Source of the DNA: an uncultured bacterium
GTDB lineage: Bacteria > Acidobacteriota > Aminicenantia > Aminicenantales > Saccharicenantaceae
Assembly (NCBI GenBank): GCA_937920515.1
Contig: CALEUG010000015.1
Coordinates: 71,382-135,381, forward strand
Length of the DNA: 64,000 nt
Direction of reading: 5' to 3'
The notes beneath the pieces were generated by a model. It searched no databases. It saw only the letters and a list, made by a program, of their open reading frames with translations, and was not told where the DNA came from. Shown one piece after another: positions 18,802 to 27,478 of the stretch. The position numbers were made by a program, and so were the translations under genes. Each line of letters starts with the position of its first letter. The first letter of the stretch is position 1.

Positions 18802-18810
18802 AGGCAGGTC

Positions 18811-19434
18811 TTACTTAATCCAGATGGGCGAAGCTGATTCGCTCTTCTTGCGGTTGATCTGGTTCTCGTATTGCTGCCGCAGGCGGGTCTCTTCTTCCTG
18901 GGCCCTGGTGAGTTTTTCGTAGGTTTCGCTGATTTGCATCTGGATGTAGTCCTTGGATTTCATGTCGGTCTGGCCGTAGAACTCGGCCCAGAGGGAATTC
19001 AGCTTCAGGGTCAGCAACTCCACGTATTCTTTGGCTTTCTTCCAGGCTTCTTCCAGTGAACCACCGCTCGCATCCTGCTCTCCTGCAGTCCCGGGGAAGA
19101 CACCCCCCGAGCCCTGAGGTGGATTTTCCACGTTAACCCTGTGAACGGTGACGGGAGTGGCTGGCTGTGAACCGGTTACAGGTTGAGAGGCCTGACGGTA
19201 AGTTGTTCCGGCTCCGGTTGTTTCCACGGTTTGAAGGGACAGGGTCAGCGCTTCGGTTTTGGTCAGTTTCTCCAGGTCTTTATTGGTTACGACCCTGACT
19301 TTCTTACCTTTAAGACTTTCCCGCCTTTCCCGCTCTTTCCTGGCCAGCTCGGCCAGGTTTTCCTCCTGCGCCAAAAGCGGGGTTAGTCCCGCGAAGCTTA
19401 AGGACAGAAAAATAGACAATACCTTTTTAAGCAC
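18811..19434 (-). CDS. Hypothetical secreted coiled-coil protein
   Basis: Signal peptide MLKKVLSIFLSLSFAGLTPLLAQEE, a charged coiled-coil N-terminal part and a Pro/Gly/Thr-rich middle. Function unknown. Confidence 0.4.
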   Translation of the reverse strand: MLKKVLSIFLSLSFAGLTPLLAQEENLAELARKERERRESLKGKKVRVVTNKDLEKLTKTEALTLSLQTVETTGAGTTYRQASQPVTGSQPATPVTVHRVNVENPPQGSGGVFPGTAGEQDASGGSLEEAWKKAKEYVELLTLKLNSLWAEFYGQTDMKSKDYIQMQISETYEKLTRAQEEETRLRQQYENQINRKKSESASPIWIK

Positions 19435-19861
19435 TTAAATCCCTCAATTTAATAATACAATTCCGGATTACATCTGTCAAACCGGCTGTTCTTTCCGGCT
19501 GAGACATAGTATCCAGTCTAAGGGGTCTGGATGGCAGCGGCCGGGTGGGATTCCGGCGAAAGGCGGGTATTAATGTTGAAGAAGCCAGTCCAGTGATCAA
19601 ATTGTTCCTCGAAAAAGCAGGCCGGTGTAAAAGAAGAGCGCTCTTTTTCTCAGCACCGGGCCTTTTCTGGCAGGAGATAATGGGCCTGAACTTTTTTCAG
19701 GGTATCTGTTTTATTTTGAAATACAGGCGGGGCTATGAACAAATGAACAAATGCAAAAAATAAAAGCACCCCGGGCCAGGGTAAGGTTAATCCATTGTCA
19801 AAACAAATTGTGGGGAAGAATAAAAAAAGAAAATTCATCAGGCAGGAAAAACCGGAAGAGC

Positions 19862-22246
19862 TCAATTAGGTCCGATGGCAGCTGTCCTGATGATAAAACC
19901 GGATAGGCTCTGCTCAAACCTGACCGCCCCGTCCCGGTCAATTCTCAGAATCCCGGCTCCGGCCGCTTCCAGCCTTTCCAGGACCTGCCGGTCGGGGAAG
20001 CCATAGACGTTGTTTCTTCCAGCTGTGATCACCGCCCAGCGCGGGGCCACCGCTTTTAGGAAGCCGGGGGTGGTGGAAGTGCGACTGCCGTGATGGGGAA
20101 CTTTGAGGACAGTGGCCTTTAATTTTTCTGGCTGCAGGCGAACCAGGTAATCTTCCACCGGGGCGGTGATGTCAGCTGCAAAAAGAAACGATTGCTGGCC
20201 GCAATCAAGTCTAAGGACAGCCGACAGGTCATTACCGGGGCGGAAAATGGTCTTGGCTTTGGCATCGGGATAGAGCACTTCAACCCGGCAGCCTCCTGTA
20301 GACTGGCTAAGGCCGGCCAGCAGAGGTCTTTTCCTGGTTCTGGGGGAGAGAGCCCGGTTGATTTCCTCTGACAGCCGGTTCTTTTCTTTTTCCAGGTACC
20401 AGAACTCTCCGACCCGGAAATTTCTGGCCAGGGCTGGCAGCCCGCCGGCATGGTCGGGATGAAAATGACTGCAGACCAGGTAATCTATTCTTTTGTAGCC
20501 GCGGTGCCAGAGATAGGGCGAGACCAGACTTTCACCCGGGTCAAAGTTGCCCTGAATAAAACCGCCGGCGTCGATGACCATCACCCGGCGGCCCGGAAAT
20601 TCCACCACCAGCGAATCTCCCTGCCCCACGTCCATGAAAGTTACGGTCAGCCTGTCGTTTCGGGGCTGAAAGGGATAGATAATCATTATGAAGAAAAATA
20701 TGGCCAGCCCGGCTGACGTTAAAAGTTTCTGAAGGCGGAAACGTGATTTTACCAGGAGCAAAAGCAGGAACAGGTAAAACCCGATGACCACCACCGTCGG
20801 AGGCGACGGAAGGCGGTAGGAAAGCGAGTTCAGGGGTTCGAGCCAGGTGGCCACCCATGAAAAAAGTTTTATCAGATATTTAAGGGCGAATGACAGGAGA
20901 TGGCCGGCGGCCGGCAGCAGAGAATTCACTGCCAGATAAACATAGCCAGCAGCCATAACCAGCCCCATTAGCGGAGCTTCCAGCAGGTTAAGAACCAGGG
21001 AGGCGAAGGTCACCCGGTTAAAATTGCTGATTATGACCGGCATGGTGCCGGCCACGGCCGCCAGGGACAGGGCGGTCATCTCCGAAATCCGGAAAGGCAA
21101 CTTCGGTAATACTCTGAAAATCGGCTTAAAAAACAGCACCAGGCTCAGGGTGGCCAGGAAGGTCAGCTGGAAGCCGACGTCTTCCAGACTGAATGGGTTT
21201 ATCACCAGGAGCACCAGGGCCGAGAGGGCCAGGGTGTTGAGCAGGTTGGTATCGGCCGAAATCAGTTTGCCCAGCAGGAAGAGAGAAGCCATGATAACCG
21301 CCCTGAAGACCGAGGGCTGACCCTCGACCAGGAAGGCATAAAAAATAAGTGCGGCCAGCAACATGAGCTGAATGGTTCTTTTCCTGGTGATGAACAGGCC
21401 AAGAAAAGAGTAAAACAGGAAGCTGACCACAGCCACGTGAGCGCCGGAGATGGCCAGCAGGTGGTAGAGCCCGGTTTTCTGGAATTGCCGGTCGGTCTCC
21501 GGGTCGAGTCTTCCGTCGGCTCCCAGGAGCAGGGCTTCCAGCATCGCTCCTTCGGCTGACAGGGTAAAACGGTCCGCCCCGGGAAAGTCTCTTTCTATCC
21601 CCTTTTGCAGTTTTCTTCTCAAGCCGGAGAAAATACCGGCAGGCGTCCGGTTTTTCTGATTTAACTTCTGGATGAGTAGCGGGCTCTTGGAAAAGGCCCG
21701 GGCCTGCACTCTCTGGCTGCGCAGGTAACGTGGCATAAAATCCGGGAAAAAATTCCTGAAGCTCTCTTCCGGACTTAAGGTGGCCGAAAATTCTACCCGG
21801 TCGCCGGCCAGAAGCTCGAGCGGCTGCTGGCTGGTAGTGGAGTGAGCCACCGTCAGTCGCAGATTGCCGTTTATCGTTTTCTTAACCCCGGCCAGCCTTA
21901 CTTCTTCAACCCTGATGGTCAGGATATCCCGGTCGGCCCGGCGCTCGGGTGAGCGGAGAACCCGGCCCTTGAAATCAATATAACCCTCTGACCTGAGCCG
22001 CCGCAGTTCGTTGTTCTGGTGCCGGCTGAATTCCAGGCTGTAAAGGCTGAAACCGGTTAGGAAAAAGCCCGCCAGTATCAACCAGAAAGCAACGCGATCC
22101 TTTTTGAAGCCATATCCAAACCAGCCGGCGGTCAGGATAATTCCAGCAAGTAGTACCAGTTGCCAGGAGAAACCGGACTTCAGGACAAGAGAAAATATAA
22201 TCCCGGAAATGAAACTCGCAGCGGGCAGCAGCAGGGGGGCGGGCAT
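19862..22246 (-). CDS. comEC: DNA internalization competence protein ComEC/Rec2 with C-terminal metallo-beta-lactamase domain
   Basis: A polytopic membrane core followed by a C-terminal MBL fold with HFHPDHAGG. 794 aa. Confidence 0.85.
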   Translation of the reverse strand: MPAPLLLPAASFISGIIFSLVLKSGFSWQLVLLAGIILTAGWFGYGFKKDRVAFWLILAGFFLTGFSLYSLEFSRHQNNELRRLRSEGYIDFKGRVLRSPERRADRDILTIRVEEVRLAGVKKTINGNLRLTVAHSTTSQQPLELLAGDRVEFSATLSPEESFRNFFPDFMPRYLRSQRVQARAFSKSPLLIQKLNQKNRTPAGIFSGLRRKLQKGIERDFPGADRFTLSAEGAMLEALLLGADGRLDPETDRQFQKTGLYHLLAISGAHVAVVSFLFYSFLGLFITRKRTIQLMLLAALIFYAFLVEGQPSVFRAVIMASLFLLGKLISADTNLLNTLALSALVLLVINPFSLEDVGFQLTFLATLSLVLFFKPIFRVLPKLPFRISEMTALSLAAVAGTMPVIISNFNRVTFASLVLNLLEAPLMGLVMAAGYVYLAVNSLLPAAGHLLSFALKYLIKLFSWVATWLEPLNSLSYRLPSPPTVVVIGFYLFLLLLLVKSRFRLQKLLTSAGLAIFFFIMIIYPFQPRNDRLTVTFMDVGQGDSLVVEFPGRRVMVIDAGGFIQGNFDPGESLVSPYLWHRGYKRIDYLVCSHFHPDHAGGLPALARNFRVGEFWYLEKEKNRLSEEINRALSPRTRKRPLLAGLSQSTGGCRVEVLYPDAKAKTIFRPGNDLSAVLRLDCGQQSFLFAADITAPVEDYLVRLQPEKLKATVLKVPHHGSRTSTTPGFLKAVAPRWAVITAGRNNVYGFPDRQVLERLEAAGAGILRIDRDGAVRFEQSLSGFIIRTAAIGPN

Positions 22247-22249
22247 TTA

Positions 22250-23590
22250 CTATCTGGTGATGGCCGGGCTGTTCGTGCCTTTCAATGATGCCTGTTGCTC
22301 CAGGGCGCTTAAAACCAGGTGACACATGGCCCTGATGCCCACCGGGATGGCTCTTTCATCCGGGTTAAAATACGGGCTGTGAAGCGGCGCGGCACTAACC
22401 TGGCCCGGGCTCCTGACCCCGAGAAGGTACATGAAGGCCGGAACCCTTTCGGCCAGCAGGGCAAAATCCTCAGCCACCATCTGGGGTTTAACCGGCACCA
22501 CCTGGCCAGGGCCGAGAGCCTTTTCCAGGACCGGCACCATGGCCTGGACCAGGTCCGGGTGGTTATAAACGGGGGGAGTGCCCTTTTCATACTTGAAGCT
22601 GTAGCTGGCGCCGTAGCTGCCGCACAGGCCCCTGATGATATTCTCCATGAGGACCGGCATCCTTTCCCGGACTCTGTCGCTCAGGGTGCGGACAGTTCCC
22701 TCCATTTCCACTTTCTCGGCGATTATGTTGGCCCTGGTGCCACCCTGGATTTTTCCGATGGTGATGACGGCCGGTTCGGTCGGGTCGATGGCCCGGCTGA
22801 CGATGGTCTGAAGGCTGTTGATGACTCCGGCTGCCAGCACGACTGAATCAATTCCTTCCTGGGGCCTGGCCGCATGAGCGCTCTTGCCTTCAATCGTTAT
22901 GATGAAGTTGTCTGAACTGGCCATGAGATAACCGGCAGCGTAACCGATTTCGCCTACTTTAAGTTCCGGCCAGACGTGTAGAGCAAAGATGGCCCTGACG
23001 GGTGGGTTGTCCAGAGCGCCTTCCTTTATCATCAGTGCCGCTCCGCCTTCCTCCCCGGGGGGAAGCCCTTCTTCGGCCGGCTGGAAGATGAACTTGACAT
23101 TGCCCCGGATTCTATCTTTGACCGCGGATAAAACGGTGGCCGCGCCCAGGGCGATGGTGGTGTGAAAATCGTGTCCGCAGGCGTGCATCACTCCCGGGTT
23201 TAGCGAGCGGTAGGGAAAGGTGTTGAGTTCCTGGATGGGCAGGGCATCCATATCGGCCCGTATGGCCACGGTGGGCCCGGGCAGGGTTCCCCGCAGCAAA
23301 CCGACCACTCCGGTCCCGGCCACCCCGGTTTTAACTTCCAGGCCGAGAGAGGTCAACTTGCCGGCCACCAGCCTGGCAGTTTCGAACTCGCGGTTGCCGA
23401 GCTCAGGGTTCATGTGCAGAAAGCGCCGGACCTTGACCATTTCGGCCCGGTTCTTCTCAATTTCCTGGTCGATGGCCTGGGCCAGTTTCTGGTCGATGAC
23501 GGCCCTGTCCTGAGCCGGCAGCGGCCAGAGAGTCAAGGCCAGCAGACAAAAACCTGATATAAATCTTGCGGTCCAGCTCCTCATTAACAC
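22250..23590 (-). CDS. M20D-family amidohydrolase (aminoacylase/hippurate-hydrolase-like) with signal peptide
   Basis: MHACGHDFHT and the surrounding M20 peptidase/aminoacylase layout, plus an N-terminal signal sequence. Confidence 0.8.
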   Translation of the reverse strand: MLMRSWTARFISGFCLLALTLWPLPAQDRAVIDQKLAQAIDQEIEKNRAEMVKVRRFLHMNPELGNREFETARLVAGKLTSLGLEVKTGVAGTGVVGLLRGTLPGPTVAIRADMDALPIQELNTFPYRSLNPGVMHACGHDFHTTIALGAATVLSAVKDRIRGNVKFIFQPAEEGLPPGEEGGAALMIKEGALDNPPVRAIFALHVWPELKVGEIGYAAGYLMASSDNFIITIEGKSAHAARPQEGIDSVVLAAGVINSLQTIVSRAIDPTEPAVITIGKIQGGTRANIIAEKVEMEGTVRTLSDRVRERMPVLMENIIRGLCGSYGASYSFKYEKGTPPVYNHPDLVQAMVPVLEKALGPGQVVPVKPQMVAEDFALLAERVPAFMYLLGVRSPGQVSAAPLHSPYFNPDERAIPVGIRAMCHLVLSALEQQASLKGTNSPAITR

Positions 23591-23635
23591 CCGACCCCTT
23601 TGATGATACAGTAAGGTTAAGAAAATTTATTTTTT

Positions 23636-23965
23636 TTATTTTTCCGTGTCCAGGTCTTCCGGGAACTCGGGTTCCTTTCTGACATATTCACCCTTTTTCT
23701 TTTCGATAAACTCTTTTATGGCCTCAATTCCCTCTTCGGCTTTTTCCCTGGCTATCTTCACACCCTTTTCTGCTTCGCGGGCCACTTTCTGGTAACCCTC
23801 GGCCGCCAGTTGCTGGCCTTTTCTGGCCTGCTCTTTAATTTTCTGCCTGGTCTCCTTGCCGCTGGCCGGGGCAAAAAGGATTCCCAGGATAAAGCCGGTG
23901 GCTGCTCCGGCCATGAAAGTCAGCAAGTAGTCGACGAAAGAGGACCCTTTGTTGTTATCTGACAT
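23636..23965 (-). CDS. YtxH-domain protein
   Basis: TM segment GAATGFILGILFAPASGKETRQK followed by a charged helix, which is YtxH-like. Confidence 0.55.
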   Translation of the reverse strand: MSDNNKGSSFVDYLLTFMAGAATGFILGILFAPASGKETRQKIKEQARKGQQLAAEGYQKVAREAEKGVKIAREKAEEGIEAIKEFIEKKKGEYVRKEPEFPEDLDTEK

Positions 23966-24326
23966 TTTTCTTCTCCTTTCTTTTTTTCATTAGCTGCCAA
24001 CCGAAGCGCAGCAGGGGAAAGACAACCGGCCAGAAGCGCGAGGCCGGCCTGACCAGCCTGGTGGTCATGAACAGCGAAAGTTCCGATAGCCCGGCCAGGG
24101 TCTTCCTGGTAGAGTCGATTATGACTCCAGCCTCATCCAGGCTGCGGTCGAGCTTGTCTTCAATTCTTTCCAGCTTATGCAAAACCAGCTGCAGGTCCTG
24201 GAAGGATTTTTCCGCTTCCCTGGCCGTCCGCCTGAGCTGGGCCAGAAACATAACCAGGAACACTACCAGCACCGCCGCAGATACGGTCAGGATCAGGAAT
24301 AGAACCTGGTTAAAAGTCAGCAGCAT
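23955..24326 (-). CDS. DUF948-domain membrane protein
   Basis: N-terminal TM segment plus a coiled region, typical DUF948 architecture. It forms the usual DUF948-YtxH gene pair. Confidence 0.5.
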   Translation of the reverse strand: MLLTFNQVLFLILTVSAAVLVVFLVMFLAQLRRTAREAEKSFQDLQLVLHKLERIEDKLDRSLDEAGVIIDSTRKTLAGLSELSLFMTTRLVRPASRFWPVVFPLLRFGWQLMKKRKEKKNVR

Positions 24327-24388
24327 GATATCTTTACATTAAGGCAAAACCGAGGCGATTGTCAATCTGAAAGAATATACTTGCGGGC

Positions 24389-25387
24389 TCAGGAAGAGCG
24401 TGGCCTGTTTAACAGGTAGATAAAAAAGGGAGCTCCGAAAGCGGCGGTCACCACCCCGACCGGAAGTTCCGAAGGAGCCAGGACCGTCCTGGCCATCAGG
24501 TCGGAGATGAGCAGGAACAGTCCTCCGGCCAGGGCCGAATGCAGAAATAGCCGCCGGTGATCAGGACCGATTATCAGCCTGACCGCGTGGGGCACGATCA
24601 GGCCGACAAATCCTATTATTCCCGCCACCGAAACCGAGAAGGAAGCGAGCAGCGTGGCCAGAAGAAGGAATATTCTTCTAACCGTCCTGACGGGACAGCC
24701 CAGCGACCTTGCGGTTTCGTCCCCCAGGCTGAGTAAATTCATATCCCGGGCCAGGTACTGGGCGATAAAGGTGGCCAGGACCAGGGTCCCGAGTATCAGC
24801 CAGACCTGCCGCCAGTCGGCCAGGGAAAAACTCCCTAAGAGCCAGAAGACAGCCTGTTCGTAAGCGTCGGCCCGGCGGAAAAGAAGGAAAGAAGTCAGGG
24901 CCGAGGCCAGGGCCCCGGCGGCAATCCCCGTCAGCAGCAGGGACTCGGTTGTCTGGAAAGGCCGCCTTTCTGAAACCAGATAAACGCCGCTTACCAGGAG
25001 CAGGCTGGAAAGAAGGGCCAGCAGACTCTGGGCCGGGAGTCCGGCCAGGTTTAGGGCCAGACCCAGCTGCAGGCTAAGAACCGCGCCCAGGGAAGCACCC
25101 GAGGAAACCCCCAGGATGAAGGGGTCGGCTAAGGGATTCCGAAAGTAACCCTGGAGTATGGCGCCCGAAAGAGAGAGACAGGCCCCGACCAGGTAGGCGA
25201 GAAGAGCCCGGGGAAAGCGAAGACTCAAGATGATATCAGACAGTTCGTTTTCCCCGGATAGAAGGGCCCGAAAAACTTCATCAAGAGAAGTTTTAACAGG
25301 ACCAAGCTTGAGCGATAACAGGAACGCCAGGAGCGTCAACAGCAGCAGCCCGAGCTGCAACGTCCTCAAACGCGATTCTGGCCTCAT
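24389..25387 (-). CDS. ABC transporter permease, FecCD/BtuC family (iron-siderophore/cobalamin type)
   Basis: 332 aa, about 9 TM helices, conserved FecCD glycine-rich segments. Confidence 0.85.
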   Translation of the reverse strand: MRPESRLRTLQLGLLLLTLLAFLLSLKLGPVKTSLDEVFRALLSGENELSDIILSLRFPRALLAYLVGACLSLSGAILQGYFRNPLADPFILGVSSGASLGAVLSLQLGLALNLAGLPAQSLLALLSSLLLVSGVYLVSERRPFQTTESLLLTGIAAGALASALTSFLLFRRADAYEQAVFWLLGSFSLADWRQVWLILGTLVLATFIAQYLARDMNLLSLGDETARSLGCPVRTVRRIFLLLATLLASFSVSVAGIIGFVGLIVPHAVRLIIGPDHRRLFLHSALAGGLFLLISDLMARTVLAPSELPVGVVTAAFGAPFFIYLLNRPRSS

Positions 25388-26442
25388 GGTCTTTCAACCT
25401 TCAGGTCCGGATAAAGGGTTGCCACCAGCTGCCGATAAGCTTCTACCAGTCGAGGGGCAAAACGGCTGAACAGGTCTTCGTCCAGAAAGCAGAAACGACC
25501 GTTCCGAACCGCTGATATTTTCTGGAGTGCTGACTGGGCAGCAAACCAGTCCTTAGCCCGGTCAAAATCTTCCCGGCTCCGTCCCAGGATGAGAATCACT
25601 TCGGGATTATCCTTAATGAGAGTCTCACGGTTGTAGACCAGCCAGTTTCCTCTTTGTTTGCTGGTTATGTTTTCGGCCCGGGCTCTTTCCAGCAGGTGGT
25701 TGAGATAGCTGTCGCGGCCGCAGGTCCACAGGCCCGAGCCCTGGCCGTAAATGGTCAGGAAGACTTTTTTCCCGGGCCCGGACAGGGGCAGGTTTTGTTC
25801 AACTGACATGATCTTTTGTTTCAGGCTGGAGATAAGCCCGGAGGCCTCTTCCTGCCGGCAGGTGATCTGGCCAACCCTGGAGATCAGAGTGAACAGGTCT
25901 TCGAAAGTCCGCCCGGTGTCGAAAACAAAGACCGGAACTCGCTGATGGTAGAGCCGGTCTATCACCCGCCGTGGGTTTCCTCGGAATCCCAGCACCAGCT
26001 CCGGCTTGAGGCCGCGAATCTTTTCCAGATTAAGGTCAACCAGGCCACCGACGATTTCCCTGGTTCTGGCTTCTTCCGGGTAATCGCAATACCTGGTAAC
26101 CCCGATGATTTCCCGCGAAAGACCGAGGGCAAAAAGTATTTCGGTAAGGTTCGGGGCCAGGGAAACGATTTTTTGCGGACAGGAAGCCAGGCGGATTTTA
26201 TGGCCGAGGTCGTCGCGGAATTCCAGGGTCTGGGAACTAAGAACCGTGGTCAAAAACAGGGGCATGGTCACCTGCCGGAAAATCCATGAAAAAAACCGGG
26301 TTCGGTGGCCGGCTTTCAGGGAGAATTTATTTTGCCTGTCGTTTAGTTCAGGCACCCGGTGCCGGCCTGGATGTCTGTTAACAAGGCTTCGAGCCATTAT
26401 GATAAAAAATTTATTGCTGGCCAGGGCGCGCTTTTCCTTCAT
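25384..26442 (-). CDS. ABC transporter periplasmic substrate-binding protein, class III (BtuF/FhuD-like)
   Basis: IVSLAPNLTEILFALG...VTRYCDYP is a BtuF-like signature. The N-terminus of the ORF is atypical and the real start may be an internal Met. 4-nt overlaps with both neighbours. Confidence 0.7.
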   Translation of the reverse strand: MKEKRALASNKFFIIMARSLVNRHPGRHRVPELNDRQNKFSLKAGHRTRFFSWIFRQVTMPLFLTTVLSSQTLEFRDDLGHKIRLASCPQKIVSLAPNLTEILFALGLSREIIGVTRYCDYPEEARTREIVGGLVDLNLEKIRGLKPELVLGFRGNPRRVIDRLYHQRVPVFVFDTGRTFEDLFTLISRVGQITCRQEEASGLISSLKQKIMSVEQNLPLSGPGKKVFLTIYGQGSGLWTCGRDSYLNHLLERARAENITSKQRGNWLVYNRETLIKDNPEVILILGRSREDFDRAKDWFAAQSALQKISAVRNGRFCFLDEDLFSRFAPRLVEAYRQLVATLYPDLKVERP

Positions 26443-27284
26443 GTCACTTTCTCCCCGCCACTCCCGGCCGGGGTCCTGGCTGGAATTAAGCCGCTACCCG
26501 GACCCGGGTGAACGAGCGAAATTTCTGGAAGGCCGGTGGAAAGATTCGTCCTGACTTCGACTTCTACCCCGAAGGTCTGCCTGACGAGCTCTTTTTCCAG
26601 CAGGTTCTCCGGCCGGCCCCGGGCCACGATTTTCCCCTCCTTTATAAAAATCAGGCTGGAGCAATAGGCGGCCGCCAGGTTGAGATTGTGCTCGGCTACC
26701 AGGATGGCTTTACCCCGTTCTTTTTGCAGTTCCCTTAATAACCGGTAGACCTGAAGCTGGAAATTAAGGTCCAGGTGGGAGCTTGGTTCATCCAGAAGGA
26801 GTCCGGGGGTGTCCTGGGCCAGGGCCCTGGCAATCAGAACCCGCTGCCTCTCGCCTCCGCTCAATTCATTGAGCTTTTTTCCCCTGAGGTTAAAGACTTC
26901 GCTGAGCTTCATTGCTTCTTCTACCGCCGCCCGGTCCCTTTCTGAAAGTCCGGCGAAACGCCCCGTCAGCCTGTAGTAGCGGGCCATGGCCACGGTTTCT
27001 TCCACGCTGAAATCAAAGACAGGCTCAAACACCTGGGGGACGTAGGCCAGAAGCGAAGCAATCTGACGGGTTTTGAGCTCGAACAGGTTCCGGTTGTTTA
27101 CCAGGACTTTTCCCCGGAGCCAGGGAATCAGCTTCTGCACGGCTTTAACCAGGGTGCTCTTGCCCGAACCGTTGGGCCCGCAGACGGCCAGGAATTCGCC
27201 CGACTCCAGTTCCAGGGAAATGCCGGAAATGACCGGGCTGGGGCCGTAACCTGCCTCCAGGTTTTCTACCGACAGAAATTTCAT
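26439..27284 (-). CDS. ABC transporter ATP-binding protein (BtuD/FepC-like)
   Basis: Walker A GPNGSGKST, the signature LSGGERQR, and Walker B LLLDEP. Confidence 0.85.
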   Translation of the reverse strand: MKFLSVENLEAGYGPSPVISGISLELESGEFLAVCGPNGSGKSTLVKAVQKLIPWLRGKVLVNNRNLFELKTRQIASLLAYVPQVFEPVFDFSVEETVAMARYYRLTGRFAGLSERDRAAVEEAMKLSEVFNLRGKKLNELSGGERQRVLIARALAQDTPGLLLDEPSSHLDLNFQLQVYRLLRELQKERGKAILVAEHNLNLAAAYCSSLIFIKEGKIVARGRPENLLEKELVRQTFGVEVEVRTNLSTGLPEISLVHPGPGSGLIPARTPAGSGGEKVT

Positions 27285-27387
27285 CTGAGCGACTGCCTTG
27301 TTCTCTGGCTGAATAGCCTATATTATAGATTTATTCACTCTGATAAGCTAATCGGTTAGAGGGAGCCAGGCCCTTTCCGGCTTCAAG

Positions 27388-27416
27388 TTGACTTTTAGGG
27401 CAGGGGAAATTAATAT
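27388..27416 (+). promoter_or_regulatory. Candidate sigma70 promoter for leuS (TTGACT-17-TAATAT)
   Basis: TTGACT at 27388-27393, a 17-nt spacer, TAATAT at 27411-27416, about 60 nt upstream of the leuS ATG. Confidence 0.3.
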
Positions 27417-27478
27417 TATAAACTGATTTTTGTGAATAATTTACCCGGGTAGTTTTTCCCCGATCCGAGGATTAGACC

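Noticed and set aside
19700-19760. Short tandem 'atgaacaa atgaacaa atg' and neighbouring hairpins
   Set aside because: Only two copies of an 8-mer in an intergenic region; too small to call a repeat feature.
27285-27420. Possible cobalamin riboswitch upstream of the BtuFCD-like ABC operon
   Set aside because: The reverse-complemented leader was checked for a B12 box (GCCACUG core and flanking conserved stems) and none was found. Only a possible promoter-like TATAAT is present.
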